21,264 nt of DNA from Octopus sinensis. Taxonomy: Eukaryota. Position numbers and translations under genes: made by a program. The notes under the pieces are model-generated. The model ran no database searches, was not told the DNA's origin, and worked only from the letters and a program-made list of their open reading frames with translations. Numbering within the stretch: the stretch's first letter is position 1; each line of letters begins with the position of its first letter. Shown here one piece after another: positions 1 to 9,999 of the stretch. The DNA is taken from NCBI RefSeq assembly GCF_006345805.1, contig NW_021823858.1, forward strand, positions 1 to 21,264. Reading direction: 5' to 3'.

Positions 1-32
1 GTTATATATGTAAGAAGAATAATATATACACA

Positions 33-39
<7 letters not shown>

Positions 40-90
<51 letters not shown>

Positions 91-156
91 ACATACATCT
101 TTTATACATATGTACATTTGTATGTATGTGTACAGACGTGTATGTGTGTGCTTGAA

Positions 157-198
<42 letters not shown>

Positions 199-260
199 AT
201 ATATATAAATAAGAGATATATATATATATATGTATGTATGTATGTATCTATACACACATA
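40..260. repeat. (TA)n / (TATG)n / (TG)n microsatellite tract
   Basis: Direct reading. Confidence 0.95.
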
Positions 261-291
261 CATGCGATATGTAGAGAAAGTATTTCTCTAG

Positions 292-374
292 AAAGACTAC
301 AGAGTTAATTACCTGAAATGTTGTACATCTGAAAAGAAAGCAATATGGAGAGCCGGGGAAAGTTTCATTAGAAG
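292..374 (+). CDS. Putative internal coding exon 1 (KDYRVNYLKCCTSEKKAIWRAGESFIR + split codon), product unidentified
   Basis: Non-repetitive island between microsatellites. Acceptor tatttctctag| ends at 291; donor AAG|gtgtgc starts at 375. Only one frame is open; it ends in phase 2, matching the next exon. Confidence 0.55.
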
Positions 375-507
375 GTGTGCATAACAAACACACACACATA
401 CACACACACACACACGTACATGATATCGACCACGCACGCATACACGTTCTCTGCCGGTCTTTGTTACTTTGTGTGCAATGAAAATATATTAAACCTCTTT
501 TTATAAG

Positions 508-598
508 TTGTGAGCTATATAATCTGGCGTTGGGCAATATTCAAGACGAATTTGGCTATGAATGGTCTTCGGCTTGGCTGTCGGCTCTCAAATTGCAG
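508..598 (+). CDS. Putative internal coding exon 2 (S-CELYNLALGNIQDEFGYEWSSAWLSALKLQ), product unidentified
   Basis: Acceptor cctctttttataag| ends at 507; donor CAG|gtttgt starts at 599. Splicing to 292-374 (AG+T = Ser) gives a stop-free 58-codon frame across a 133-nt intron. Confidence 0.6.
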
Positions 599-639
599 GT
601 TTGTGAACAAACATAGCGGTAGTTGTGATTTGACTTGAA

Positions 640-860
640 ATAATAATGATGATGATGAATGACGATGACGATGATGATGATGATTATTATAACAAGACTA
701 ATAATAAGATGAAGAATAATAACGATAACATTGACAATAATAGTAATGATGATGGCGATGATGATAATAAAACTAATAATAGTATCGATAAAATGGTAAA
801 TAATAACGATGATGATGATGATGATGATAATAATAGTCATCATTATCATCCTGTTTCTTT
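640..860. repeat. Degenerate (GAT/AAT)n trinucleotide low-complexity tract
   Basis: Direct reading; explains the poly-Asp/Asn and poly-Ile ORFs. Confidence 0.9.
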
Positions 861-899
861 TATTACCATATTGAATATGATATAAACGTGAATCTTGTG

Positions 900-1108
900 T
901 CTATGTGTGTGTGCGTGTGTGTGTATGCATACATGCATGCATGCACACACACACGCACACAAATATATTTATAGAAATATATTTGCATGTGTCTGTATGT
1001 ATGTATGGATGTGTGTGTACTTTCATATGTATATATGAGTTTGTCCTTGTATATGTATGCTTGTGTGTATATATATATACAAGCACACACACAAATTGTA
1101 TATATATA

Positions 1109-1143
<35 letters not shown>

Positions 1144-1161
1144 CAAGTACACACACAAACT

Positions 1162-1203
<42 letters not shown>

Positions 1204-1284
1204 AAGCATACATACACAAAAATGTTGGCAGATATTTGTTTATCTATACATACATAGCATATATGTATAATTGTGTATGTGTAT

Positions 1285-1315
<31 letters not shown>

Positions 1316-1665
1316 TGAATATACCGATCTACGTAAAGATATAAATATATATTAATTTAAGTATATGATTGACTATAAAAGCCAGAATATGAAAGGGTAA
1401 AAAAACCAAAAAAAAAACCTAGAATTGATGATTGAGTTTCTGTGTTTATTCTTTAAGCAGTGATGGTCATGATGTTGGATATATTATCTATAGATACGCA
1501 CATATAAATATATATATATATATATACATATTCATCTATCTGTCTATACATATATATATATATATATACACACATGTGCACTTGTATGCATATATATGCA
1601 TATATGTATGCATATATTCATTCATATATGTATAAGTGTATGCGTGTATATATGTATATATATAG
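900..1665. repeat. Compound (TA)n/(CA)n/(TG)n microsatellite region
   Basis: Direct reading. Confidence 0.9.
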
Positions 1666-2026
1666 GTGCAACAGTTTAACTGGTGTTATTAATAATATTG
1701 CTATTTGCATTAGTTCTTGTATGATATATTGTTCATGTCGAAAATGTTAACTTGTTTACACATAACTTATCTGAAGTTCCATCGTCTTTGATTTAATCCG
1801 GTGTCATGTACTTTCTGATCATGCCAGATATCATACAGATATCAAATGGAAAAATATCCCAGCTTCTGCCAAATAATGAAAGGCTTTTGATTTTTGTGAC
1901 TCTTCATGGACAGATGAGCAAGATGCCTATGAGGTTAATTTGCTGCTCTCTTGACAGCACCATCATGAGTTCAAACCTTAATTATGTTGTGATTTAGTGA
2001 AAAATAAGCTTTTTACTTCCACATTC

Positions 2027-2434
2027 AGGTGCAGGAGTGGCTGTGTGGTAAGTAGCTTGCTTACCAACCACATGGTTCCGGATTCAGTCCCACTGCGTGG
2101 CACCTTGGGCAAGTGTCTTCTACTATAGCCTTGGCCGACCAAAGCATTGTGAGTGGATTTGGTAGACGGAAACTGAAAGAAGACGTCGTATATATGTATT
2201 ATATATGTAGTGCGTGTATGTTTGTGTGTCTGTGTTTGTCCCCTAGCAGTGCTTGACAACCGATGCTGGCGTGTGTTTACGTCCAAAACTTAGCGGTTCG
2301 GCAAAATAGACCAATAGAATAAGTACTGGGCTTACAAAGATTAAGTACGGGGTCGAGTTGCTCGATTAAAGGCAGTGCTCCAGCATGGCCGCAGTCAAAT
2401 GACCGAAACAAGTAAAAAAAAAAATAAAAAAAAA
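2027..2434 (+). mobile_element. tRNA-derived composite SINE, family A (full length)
   Basis: A-box-like TGGCTGTGTGGT, B-box-like GGATTCAGTCCC, CORE-like ccttgggcaagt, internal (TA)/(TG) tract, shared 3' half and tail; multiple near-identical copies in the window. Confidence 0.9.
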
Positions 2435-2617
2435 TTCAGTTCAGCTGAACCCATAATTTTTGTCCTTGCAAGTGAATGTCTCCCAACCATTCTTTTAACC
2501 TAAGGACCCCTTTGATTACTATTTTATCCTGATGAACCCTCATAGCCATTCGATGGTTAAAACTTAGTTTTATGGATGATTCCTTCAAAATTCCTACTTT
2601 GTTATTCCCACATTCAC

Positions 2618-2849
2618 TTTGTTTTTGTTGTTTTTTGTTTTTCCAGTTTCAGCTCTTGAGCTGTGGCCATGCTGGGGCACCGCCATTGTGGTGAAAGAGT
2701 ACAGCAGGGATCACCACCCCCTGCCGGAGCCTCGTAGAGCTTTTAGGTGTTTTCGCTCAATAAACACACACAACGCCCAGTCTGAGAATCGAAACCACGA
2801 TCCTGCGACCGCGAGTCCGCTGCCCTAACCACTAGGCCATTGCGCCTCT
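2618..2849 (-). mobile_element. tRNA-derived SINE, family D head/body with an A-type tail (chimeric)
   Basis: Minus strand reads ggcgcaatggcctagtggttagggc...ggtttcgattc (A and B boxes). Collinear with 3561-3872 until about 2685, then ggcggtgccccagcatggccacagctcaagagctgaaac. Confidence 0.85.
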
Positions 2850-2862
2850 ACTTGTATATGAC

Positions 2863-3344
2863 ATGCATAAGATCTGGTCATCAAATCTAAGTAGAGACTT
2901 CAAACTTGAAATCTTCAAAGCCACAGTCGAACCAATTCTACTATATGGCTCAGAAACCTGGACGTTATCAAAGAAGCTTGAGAGGCGGTTGGATGGAACC
3001 TACACTCGCCTCCTTATGAGAGCTCAAAATCTCTCGTGGAAGCGCCATCCAACCAAAATGCAAATATATGGGAAACTACCACCTGTGTCATCTCTTGTGA
3101 AAGGTAGGAGAGTCCAGTTTGCTGGACATTGTTGTAGAGCTGAAAAAGAGGTAATTTCTACTCTTCTCCTCTGGAAGCCATCTACTCCCAATACCAGAGG
3201 ACGCACACTCTCCTACCCTGATGTAATCTCCAGGGATACAGGCATCCAGCAACAGGACCTCCGTAATGCCATGATGGACCGTGAAGTCTGGCGTAGCATG
3301 GTAAATTCCATTGTCGTGACCACGGTCGAACAATGATGATGATG
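2863..3344 (+). mobile_element. 5'-truncated RTE-clade non-LTR retrotransposon (C-terminal end of the RT ORF + (GAT)n tail)
   Basis: ORF 2863-3336 has FKATVEPILLYGSETWTL, RLDGTYTRLLMR, VQFAGHC and AMMDREVWR, typical of RTE ORF C-termini; the stop runs straight into gatgatgatg. Confidence 0.92.
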
Positions 3345-3560
3345 TTTTGTCAAACTATGTCGAATGTTAGAGAGAGAAAGCTGTTTAGTGCAATAAATAC
3401 ATCAAAATCAAAATTTTGCACGGATGTTTAAAGTACTGGATACCCAGTATACTATTTTGCAAGTGCAGACTCCCAAAAATCTTACATGGACACCCAGGGG
3501 TCTTATAGATCCCTGTTGAGAACAACTGGTCTAACTGATGGATGTCCCACTCTTAACCTT

Positions 3561-3872
3561 ATCATCACGTGATCACGTGAGCGACCAGGCTATCAGATGT
3601 TGCTACACATCGCTAGTCACAATGCGCTTCGCATTGTTTTAGCCTTCAAATGACGCCATCCCGCTGGTTAAGCGAGCAGGCCAACAGAAGAAAGAGTGAG
3701 AGAAAGTTGTGGCAAAAGTGTATGGCAGGGATCGCCACCACCCACTGCCGGAGCCTCGTGGAGATATAGGTGTTTTCGCTCAATAAACACTCACAACGCC
3801 CGGTCTGGTAATCGAAACAGCGATCCTTCGACCGCGAGTCTGCTGCCATAACCACTGGGCCATTACACCTCC
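3561..3872 (-). mobile_element. tRNA-derived SINE, family D (own 3' end)
   Basis: Same head/body as 2618-2849. 3' part has an 8-bp hairpin acaatgcg-ctt-cgcattgt and ends in tandem tcacgtga. Confidence 0.85.
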
Positions 3873-3939
3873 ACAACCTTATGATGTATATATATAAATA
3901 TGTACAAATACACACATATAAATATACATAAACAACCTT

Positions 3940-4335
3940 AGGAGTGGCTGTGTGGTAAGTAGCTTCCTAACCAACCACGTGGTTCCGGGTTCAGTCCCAC
4001 TGCGTGGCATCTTGGGCAAGTGTCTTCTGCTATAGCCCCGGGCCGACCAATGCCTTGTGAGTGGATTTGGTAGACGGAAACTGAAAGAAGCCTGTCGTAT
4101 ATATATATATATATGTGTATGTGTGTGTGTTTGTGTGTTTGTCCCCCTAGCATTGCTTGACAACCGATGCTGGTGTGTTTACGTCCCTGTCACCTAGCGG
4201 TTCAGCAAAAGAGACCGATAGAATAAGTACTGGGCTTACAAAGAATAGGTACCGGGTTCGATTTGCTCGACTAAAGGCGGTGCTCCAGCATGGCCACAGT
4301 CAAATGACTGAAACAAGTAAAAGAGTAAAAGAGTA
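3940..4335 (+). mobile_element. SINE family A (full length)
   Basis: Collinear with other A copies; ends in (gagtaaaa)n. Confidence 0.92.
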
Positions 4336-4417
4336 ACCCCTCACTCACATGCACACAAACATACATACACATGCATGCCAATACATATGCAGAGACACAT
4401 GCATATATATTTCTATA

Positions 4418-4690
4418 AAGGCTGTGTGGTAAGAAGTTTGCTTTCTAAGCCCATGATTTTGGGTTCAGTCCCAACGTGAGGCACTGTGGACAGAATTTCT
4501 TTGTCTATTGCCCTGGGCCAACAAAAGCCTTGCGAGTGGAACTTGTTGTTGGAAACTGTGTTGTGTGTGTGTGTGTGTTGTGTTTGTCCTTCACTACCAC
4601 TTGATAACAGATGTTAGTTTGTTTACATCCTCATAATTTATTGGTTCAGTGTAAGCGATCAATAGGATCAATACAAGGCTTTAAAGAAGA
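4418..4690 (+). mobile_element. Older, degraded family A-related SINE
   Basis: ggctgtgtggtaagaagtttgc...gggttcagtccc...ccttgcgagtgga...ggaaactgtg...ttgataacagatg. Confidence 0.75.
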
Positions 4691-4741
4691 AAAAGCAATG
4701 ACTCTGAAACAATAAAAATGAAATATGAATATGTATATATA

Positions 4742-4776
<35 letters not shown>

Positions 4777-4989
4777 AGTTGAATTGAGCAAACACTATAT
4801 GAGAGAGGTTTTCTTTAAGTATTAGAAATAGTTTTCGAAAAGTTTTTTTAGCTGCTATTTCTAATGAGTTCAGTATGCGGCAAAGTAATTTATTTTACTA
4901 AGCCCTTTTATATAATGTAATAATTTGAATTCGCCTTAATGGTCCCTTTGCATACTGAATACTTGGTGAAATTGATTAATTAATTAATT

Positions 4990-5013
4990 TTACCCTCAAT
5001 TGTTGAAAAATAT

Positions 5014-5054
<41 letters not shown>

Positions 5055-5312
5055 TATATAGCATATATATATATATATGCATATATATATATATGCATAT
5101 ATATATATATGCATATATATATATGCATATATATATATATATGCATATATATAAATATGCATATATATATATATGCATATATATATATATCGCATTATAT
5201 ATTATATATATGCATTATATATATTATAGATATATATATATATATTGCATAATTATATATATATGCATATATATATATATGCATATATATAATATGCATA
5301 TATATATATATA

Positions 5313-5361
<49 letters not shown>

Positions 5362-5408
5362 GTATATATATATGTATATATATATATATATGTATATATA
5401 TATGTATA

Positions 5409-5440
<32 letters not shown>
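4990..5440. repeat. (TA)n-TGCA compound satellite, left block
   Basis: Repeating tgca separated by variable (ta)n. Confidence 0.9.
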
Positions 5441-5907
5441 CATCATCATCATCATCATCATCGTTTAACGTCCGTTCTCCATGCTAGCATGGGTTGGACG
5501 GTTCGACCGGGGTTCTGGGAAGCCAGAAGGCTGCACCAGGCTCCAGTCTAATTTGGCAATGTTTCTACAGCTGGATGCCCTTCCTAACGCCAACCACTCC
5601 GTGAGTGTAGTGGGTGCTTTTTACGTGCCACCTGCACAGGTGCCAGGCGGGGCTGGCAACGGCCACGGTCAGATTGGTGTATTTTATGTGCCACCGGCAC
5701 GGAAGCCAGTCGAGGCGGTGCTGGCATCGGCCACGAGTCGGATAGTGCTTTTTACGTACCACCAGACCAGGGATCCTGGCTGGTTCAATTCGATTTCGAT
5801 TTCGCTTGCCCCAACATGTCTTCACAAGCAAAGGGGGTTGGCAAGGGTGCCTGTCGTACGGTCGCATTGGAGTATTTTACGTGCCACGGCCCCGAGTCGG
5901 ATAGTGC
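5441..5907 (-). mobile_element. 5'-truncated retroposon, family B (RTE-type (GAT)n tail, internal tandem units)
   Basis: Homologous to 13301-13663. Contains ggcgttaggaagggcatccagctgtagaaa, four GTGGCACGTAAAA-type units, the palindrome ccatgctagcatgg and a (GAT)n tail. Confidence 0.88.
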
Positions 5908-5941
<34 letters not shown>

Positions 5942-6290
5942 GCATATATTGCGTATATATATATATATGCAATATATGCATATATATATATATATATATG
6001 CATATAATATGCATATATATGCATATATATATATATGCATATATATGCATATATATATATATATGCATATTATATATATATGCATATATATATTATGCAT
6101 ATATATATATAATGCATATATATTATATAATATATATGCATATATATATATGCATATAATATACTATGCATATATATATATATATATATGCATATATATA
6201 TTATATCATATCTATATATATATATGCATATATATACATATAATATATATACATATATATCTATAAATATATATATATTTATATATATAT
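5908..6290. repeat. (TA)n-TGCA compound satellite, right block
   Basis: Direct reading. Confidence 0.88.
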
Positions 6291-6670
6291 CCCATGCTAG
6301 CATGGAAAGCGGACGTTAAATGATGATGATGATGATGATGATGATATATATATAATATATATATATATCTCTTCGGAGAGGCACTGAGCAGCTATACGCA
6401 CACCATACACACATGGCAGTAACTCCTGCCTAACACATACATATATATACATATAATATATATACATATATATCTATAAATATATATATATTTATATATA
6501 TATCCCATGCTAGCATGGAAAGCGGACGTTAAATGATGATGATGATGATGATGATGATATATATATATATATATATATATATCTTTCGGAGAGGCACTGA
6601 GCAGCTATACGCACACATACACACATGGCAGTAACTCCTGCCTAACACATACATATATATATACATATAT
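6245..6670. repeat. Tandem duplication, ~213 bp x 2
   Basis: cccatgctagcatgg at 6291 and 6504; cggagaggcactgagcagctatacgcac and ggcagtaactcctgcctaacac repeat with a 211-213 nt offset. Confidence 0.9.
6291..6345 (+). mobile_element. Family B extreme 3' tail fragment (duplicated at 6504-6558)
   Basis: cccatgctagcatggaaagcggacgttaaa(tga)n matches the B 3' end. Confidence 0.85.
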
Positions 6671-6671
6671 A

Positions 6672-6832
6672 CAACAGGCTTCTTTCAGTTTCCGTCTACC
6701 ATATCCACTCACAAGGCATTGGTCGACCCGGGGCTATAGCAGAAGACACTTGCCCAAGATGCCACACAGAGGGACTGAACCTGGAACCATGTGGTTGGTT
6801 AGCAAGCAACTTACCACATAGCCACTCCTGTG
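6672..6832 (-). mobile_element. SINE family A, 5' half
   Basis: Reverse complement of the A head through gaaagaagcctg. Confidence 0.88.
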
Positions 6833-7768
6833 TATATGTTTGTATATATTATATTTAGAAATATAGATATAGATATGTATACACATACACACGGAAAAAT
6901 GTGAGCAATAAGAAACTTGGTATTGGATCAGAGTGAAGCTTCAGCTTTGAGTGTGTGTATGTGTGTGTGCGTGTGAGAGAGAGAAAGATAGAGAGAGAAA
7001 GAGAAGTGGGGAATAGAAAGACTAGATAGCAAAGAGATTAGATTGAAATCTTTGATCATGTTTAAGATGTGTTTTGTTTCTCCTCTCCCATTTTGCCATC
7101 ACTATGTTTTGCCTTGATGTCAAGATTTAGGAAGCGCCTCGGTAGTTAGTGTTTTTGTTTATCCACCAGGTCAGTTCTGATCAAGCAGCTCCAAGGATCA
7201 AAAGAATCCAAGCCATTTAATATTCCCCACCTATTTTTAGGGACAGCATACCACCAAGCAATCTAATTTGTACTTTTGGGGTTTTTTTTTTTTTTGCTTA
7301 CTAAGAAGATACAATTTGTTTTGAGATTGCTTCAGTTGCTGTCTATATCTAATAAGTTATTTATTCAAACAGAACCTCACATTTTTAACATGGGAGTTTC
7401 TATGTAGTTGCTTGGTCTCCTTAATTGAGCAGTAACCACCTATTTCTGGATTATCTCTCTGATGTCTTTGAAATGCAAAGTGCTGATTTTTAAAAAAAAC
7501 TTTCCAAATCTTGGAACAGAATGCATTTATGATTAAACTGACCTCCGCAGGGTTTAGTGCTGTGAACATCAAGGAGCTCTGCTAAATGCCCCCACACTTC
7601 AAGACTCTGTCAATAATTCTGTGCCTTCTTCTTACTACATGGAACTTTGATGTTGTGTTGTTGTGTAATGCTTTTGTTACCAAATTTCTGTTGGAATACA
7701 CTGCCTTGGTTTCATTTCAGTTTTGAAAATGATGAAGAATTTAGTAAAATAACTTTTGCTATTGTTAA

Positions 7769-7989
7769 CCCTTTCGTTACCAATCCGGTGAAAACCGGCT
7801 TTGGCTCTGTAGTACAAATGTCTTGTTTTCATAAGTTTAGAATTAAAATCTTCCACCAAACCTTAGTCACAAATACTGTCCCTAACCTTAGCTGAATGAT
7901 AACTAAGTTATTTTACTAAGTTCTTTGTTATATTTAAAATAATTGAAAGAAACACAGAGCATCTCAACAGAAATATGGTAACAAAAGGG
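7769..7989. mobile_element. piggyBac-like MITE (221 bp)
   Basis: TTAA at 7765-7768 and 7990-7993; TIRs ccctttcgttacca / cccttttgttacca (13/14 identical). Confidence 0.85.
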
Positions 7990-8019
7990 TTAAAGTGATG
8001 TTTGAAATGTAAATTAGCA

Positions 8020-8185
8020 TACGCACAGGCATGGAGGTGTGGTTAAGAAGTTCATTTCACAACCTTATGGTTTCGGGTTCAGCCCCACTGCAAGGTACCT
8101 TGGGTAAAAGTGTCTTGTGTCATCTAACATACCCTCAGGTCTTGTGAGTGAATTTGGTTAATGAAAACTGTGTGGAAGCTCATTA
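8020..8185 (+). mobile_element. Old family A-related SINE head
   Basis: caggcatggaggtgtggttaagaag...gggttcagcccc...ccttgggtaaaagtgtc...ttgtgagtgaatttgg...aaactgtgtggaagc. Confidence 0.75.
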
Positions 8186-8368
8186 TACATGCATACATAC
8201 ATACATATCATGTATATATACATACATATATATATATATATTTATATATTCTTATTCTGGGAGTCCGAGTAACTGCAGATAACATTATTTCACTTTTTTA
8301 TATATATATAAATATATGCTTTATATATATATGTACACACTCACACACACACACATATATATATATAT

Positions 8369-8576
8369 AGTTAATCCAAACAAGAAAACACAAAAAAACA
8401 AAACAACGCGAGGACGTGGAACAAATATAGTATTATTGGACGCTCAGGAAAGAAGGGAAGAAGGGGGGTTTAACATTTCGAGCGGAGATCTTCATCAGAA
8501 ACATAGGAGAAGGAAAGATCCAGAGAAGGGAAGACAGAGGAAAAAATATCGCCAACGGTACTCACGAGGTAACAGA
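8369..8576 (-). mobile_element. Probable Penelope-like element terminal-repeat remnant carrying a hammerhead-like motif
   Basis: Minus strand gttt-CTGATGA-A-gatctccgctc-GAAA-tgtt-aaac; its 3' end abuts (TA)n. Boundaries approximate. Confidence 0.5.
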
Positions 8577-8679
8577 CTTTCATGTCTTTAGATGATATAT
8601 ACATATATATAATATCATCACCAAGTCTGACTAAAGGTTCCACTACACCTACATTGCTAGAAATAAGGGGTTAAAGAAC

Positions 8680-8775
8680 CCTTGATAAATCAAGTGCCTG
8701 TTGAGTACTGGGGTCAGTGTAATCGACTGTACCCCTCCCTCAAATTCCAGGCCCTGTACCTATAGTAGAAAGGGT
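8680..8775 (+). mobile_element. Decayed 3' fragment related to SINE family C
   Basis: ttgataaatcaagtgcctgttgagtactggggtcagtgtaatcgact parallels gataaattaagtaccagttacacactggggtcgatgtaatcgact in C. Confidence 0.65.
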
Positions 8776-8904
8776 TGAGTGAGATTTCATTGCTATTTCT
8801 TGCTAGATGAGGGGCCACATAGCGTTCACCTTGCTTATGATAACAGTGTGGGTGATGACTGCAATGAGAATGATGGGGATGATAGTTGCGATGAGAGCAG
8901 TGAT

Positions 8905-9055
8905 GTTCTTTAGCCCAAGGTCAGCTTTGACAGGACTGATTGATATATGCTCAGAGGCATTACAGTCATGACCAACACATCATTCCTCATTGAGACAGGA
9001 TTGTGTGTGATTTAAGAGGTTATTTGGCTGTTGTTTCTAGCAGGTCGAGTTACTT
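8905..9055. mobile_element. Old interspersed repeat, family F fragment
   Basis: cccaaggtcagctttga...tatgctcagaggc...catgacc...tttggctgttgtttctagcaggtcgag, collinear with 11215-11380 and 17385-17625. Confidence 0.65.
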
Positions 9056-9459
9056 AATAATGATCATTTCCTTGGCTCAAACTATATAGCTATGGTGGCA
9101 ATGGTAATGTGGCTGGCTGGATGGATGGATGATGGATGGATGGATGGATATTGGTCGCTATGACGACAGCGGTAGTGATGAAGTAGAGTTTTAACCCATC
9201 CACCCACTCACCCACCCACCCGCTCATATCCTAGGAAAAAAAATCAAAAAACAATGAACTAATATTGTAATTTAAATATGTCTCGATAGCAAAAAAAAAA
9301 ATAAATAAAATAAAATAAATGAAAATAAATAAAAAATCTAAAAAGAACTGCAAGAAACAAAACTAAAATAAATGGAAAGAAGGAAAATGGCATCAAAGAA
9401 ATATTGTAAATTGACCCTGTTAGATGGAAAATTTGTGTCTAGAACATCGTTAAGTCAAG

Positions 9460-9481
9460 TGTGCTGATAATGATAACAAAC

Positions 9482-9519
<38 letters not shown>

Positions 9520-9572
9520 ATATATATATATATATATATATGTATACACACACACATATATACACATATATA

Positions 9573-9609
<37 letters not shown>

Positions 9610-9809
9610 TTATCCACAAACACACTCATGTGTATGTATAATATCTATGTATATATATATATGTACGTGCATACAAATATATATATATATATATACACAC
9701 ATAATGCATTTATATGTGCATCTATATATATATATATATATATATACACATAAATACATATGCACATACACTCATATACATACACATGCATGCATATATA
9801 TATGTGTGT

Positions 9810-9851
<42 letters not shown>

Positions 9852-9905
9852 CACACACACATTTTAATATACATCTGTGTGTGTGTGTCTGTCTGTGTGT
9901 GTATA
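9460..9905. repeat. Compound (TA)n/(CA)n microsatellite
   Basis: Direct reading. Confidence 0.92.
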
Positions 9906-9999
9906 TTAAACAAAATAGATGTTTTTTTAAAAAATATTTTGTTTATTTTATTTGTTATCTATTTATTTATTTATTTATTTATTTGCAAAAATAACAGGG

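Larger units (their letters stand above)
2474..3528. mobile_element. Possible decayed hAT/Charlie-like MITE interrupted by a SINE and a LINE
   Basis: Right end gttgagaacaactg (3515-3528) resembles Charlie-type TIRs. Left candidate gaatgtctcccaac matches only 8/14. No TSD found. Confidence 0.35.

Noticed and set aside
508-598. Loose pattern similarity of the exon peptide to Bro1-domain or TPR-like helices
   Set aside because: Only a spacing of Y, A, W and L residues from memory; too weak to name a gene.
1777-1990. Possible terminal exon (SIVFDLIRCHVLSDHARYHTDIKWKNIPASAK*) or decayed RT fragment (xEKAFD-like near 1872-1890)
   Set aside because: Its acceptor phase does not match the phase-0 end of exon 508-598 and the AG context is weak. 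The RT reading needs several frameshifts. Neither is supportable without a search.
2770-2849. tRNA-like sequences (also 3790-3872 and the A and C heads) as true tRNA genes
   Set aside because: Acceptor and T stems do not close, and each continues into a repeat body; these are SINE heads.
4869-4957. Short inverted repeat ttcagtatgc(ggc)aaag / ctttgcatactgaa
   Set aside because: Only about 14 bp with an indel, no TSD and no second copy; insufficient for a MITE call.
7330-7760. Unique-looking stretch with short ORFs on both strands
   Set aside because: No recognisable protein motif or consistent splice sites; may be an old decayed element.
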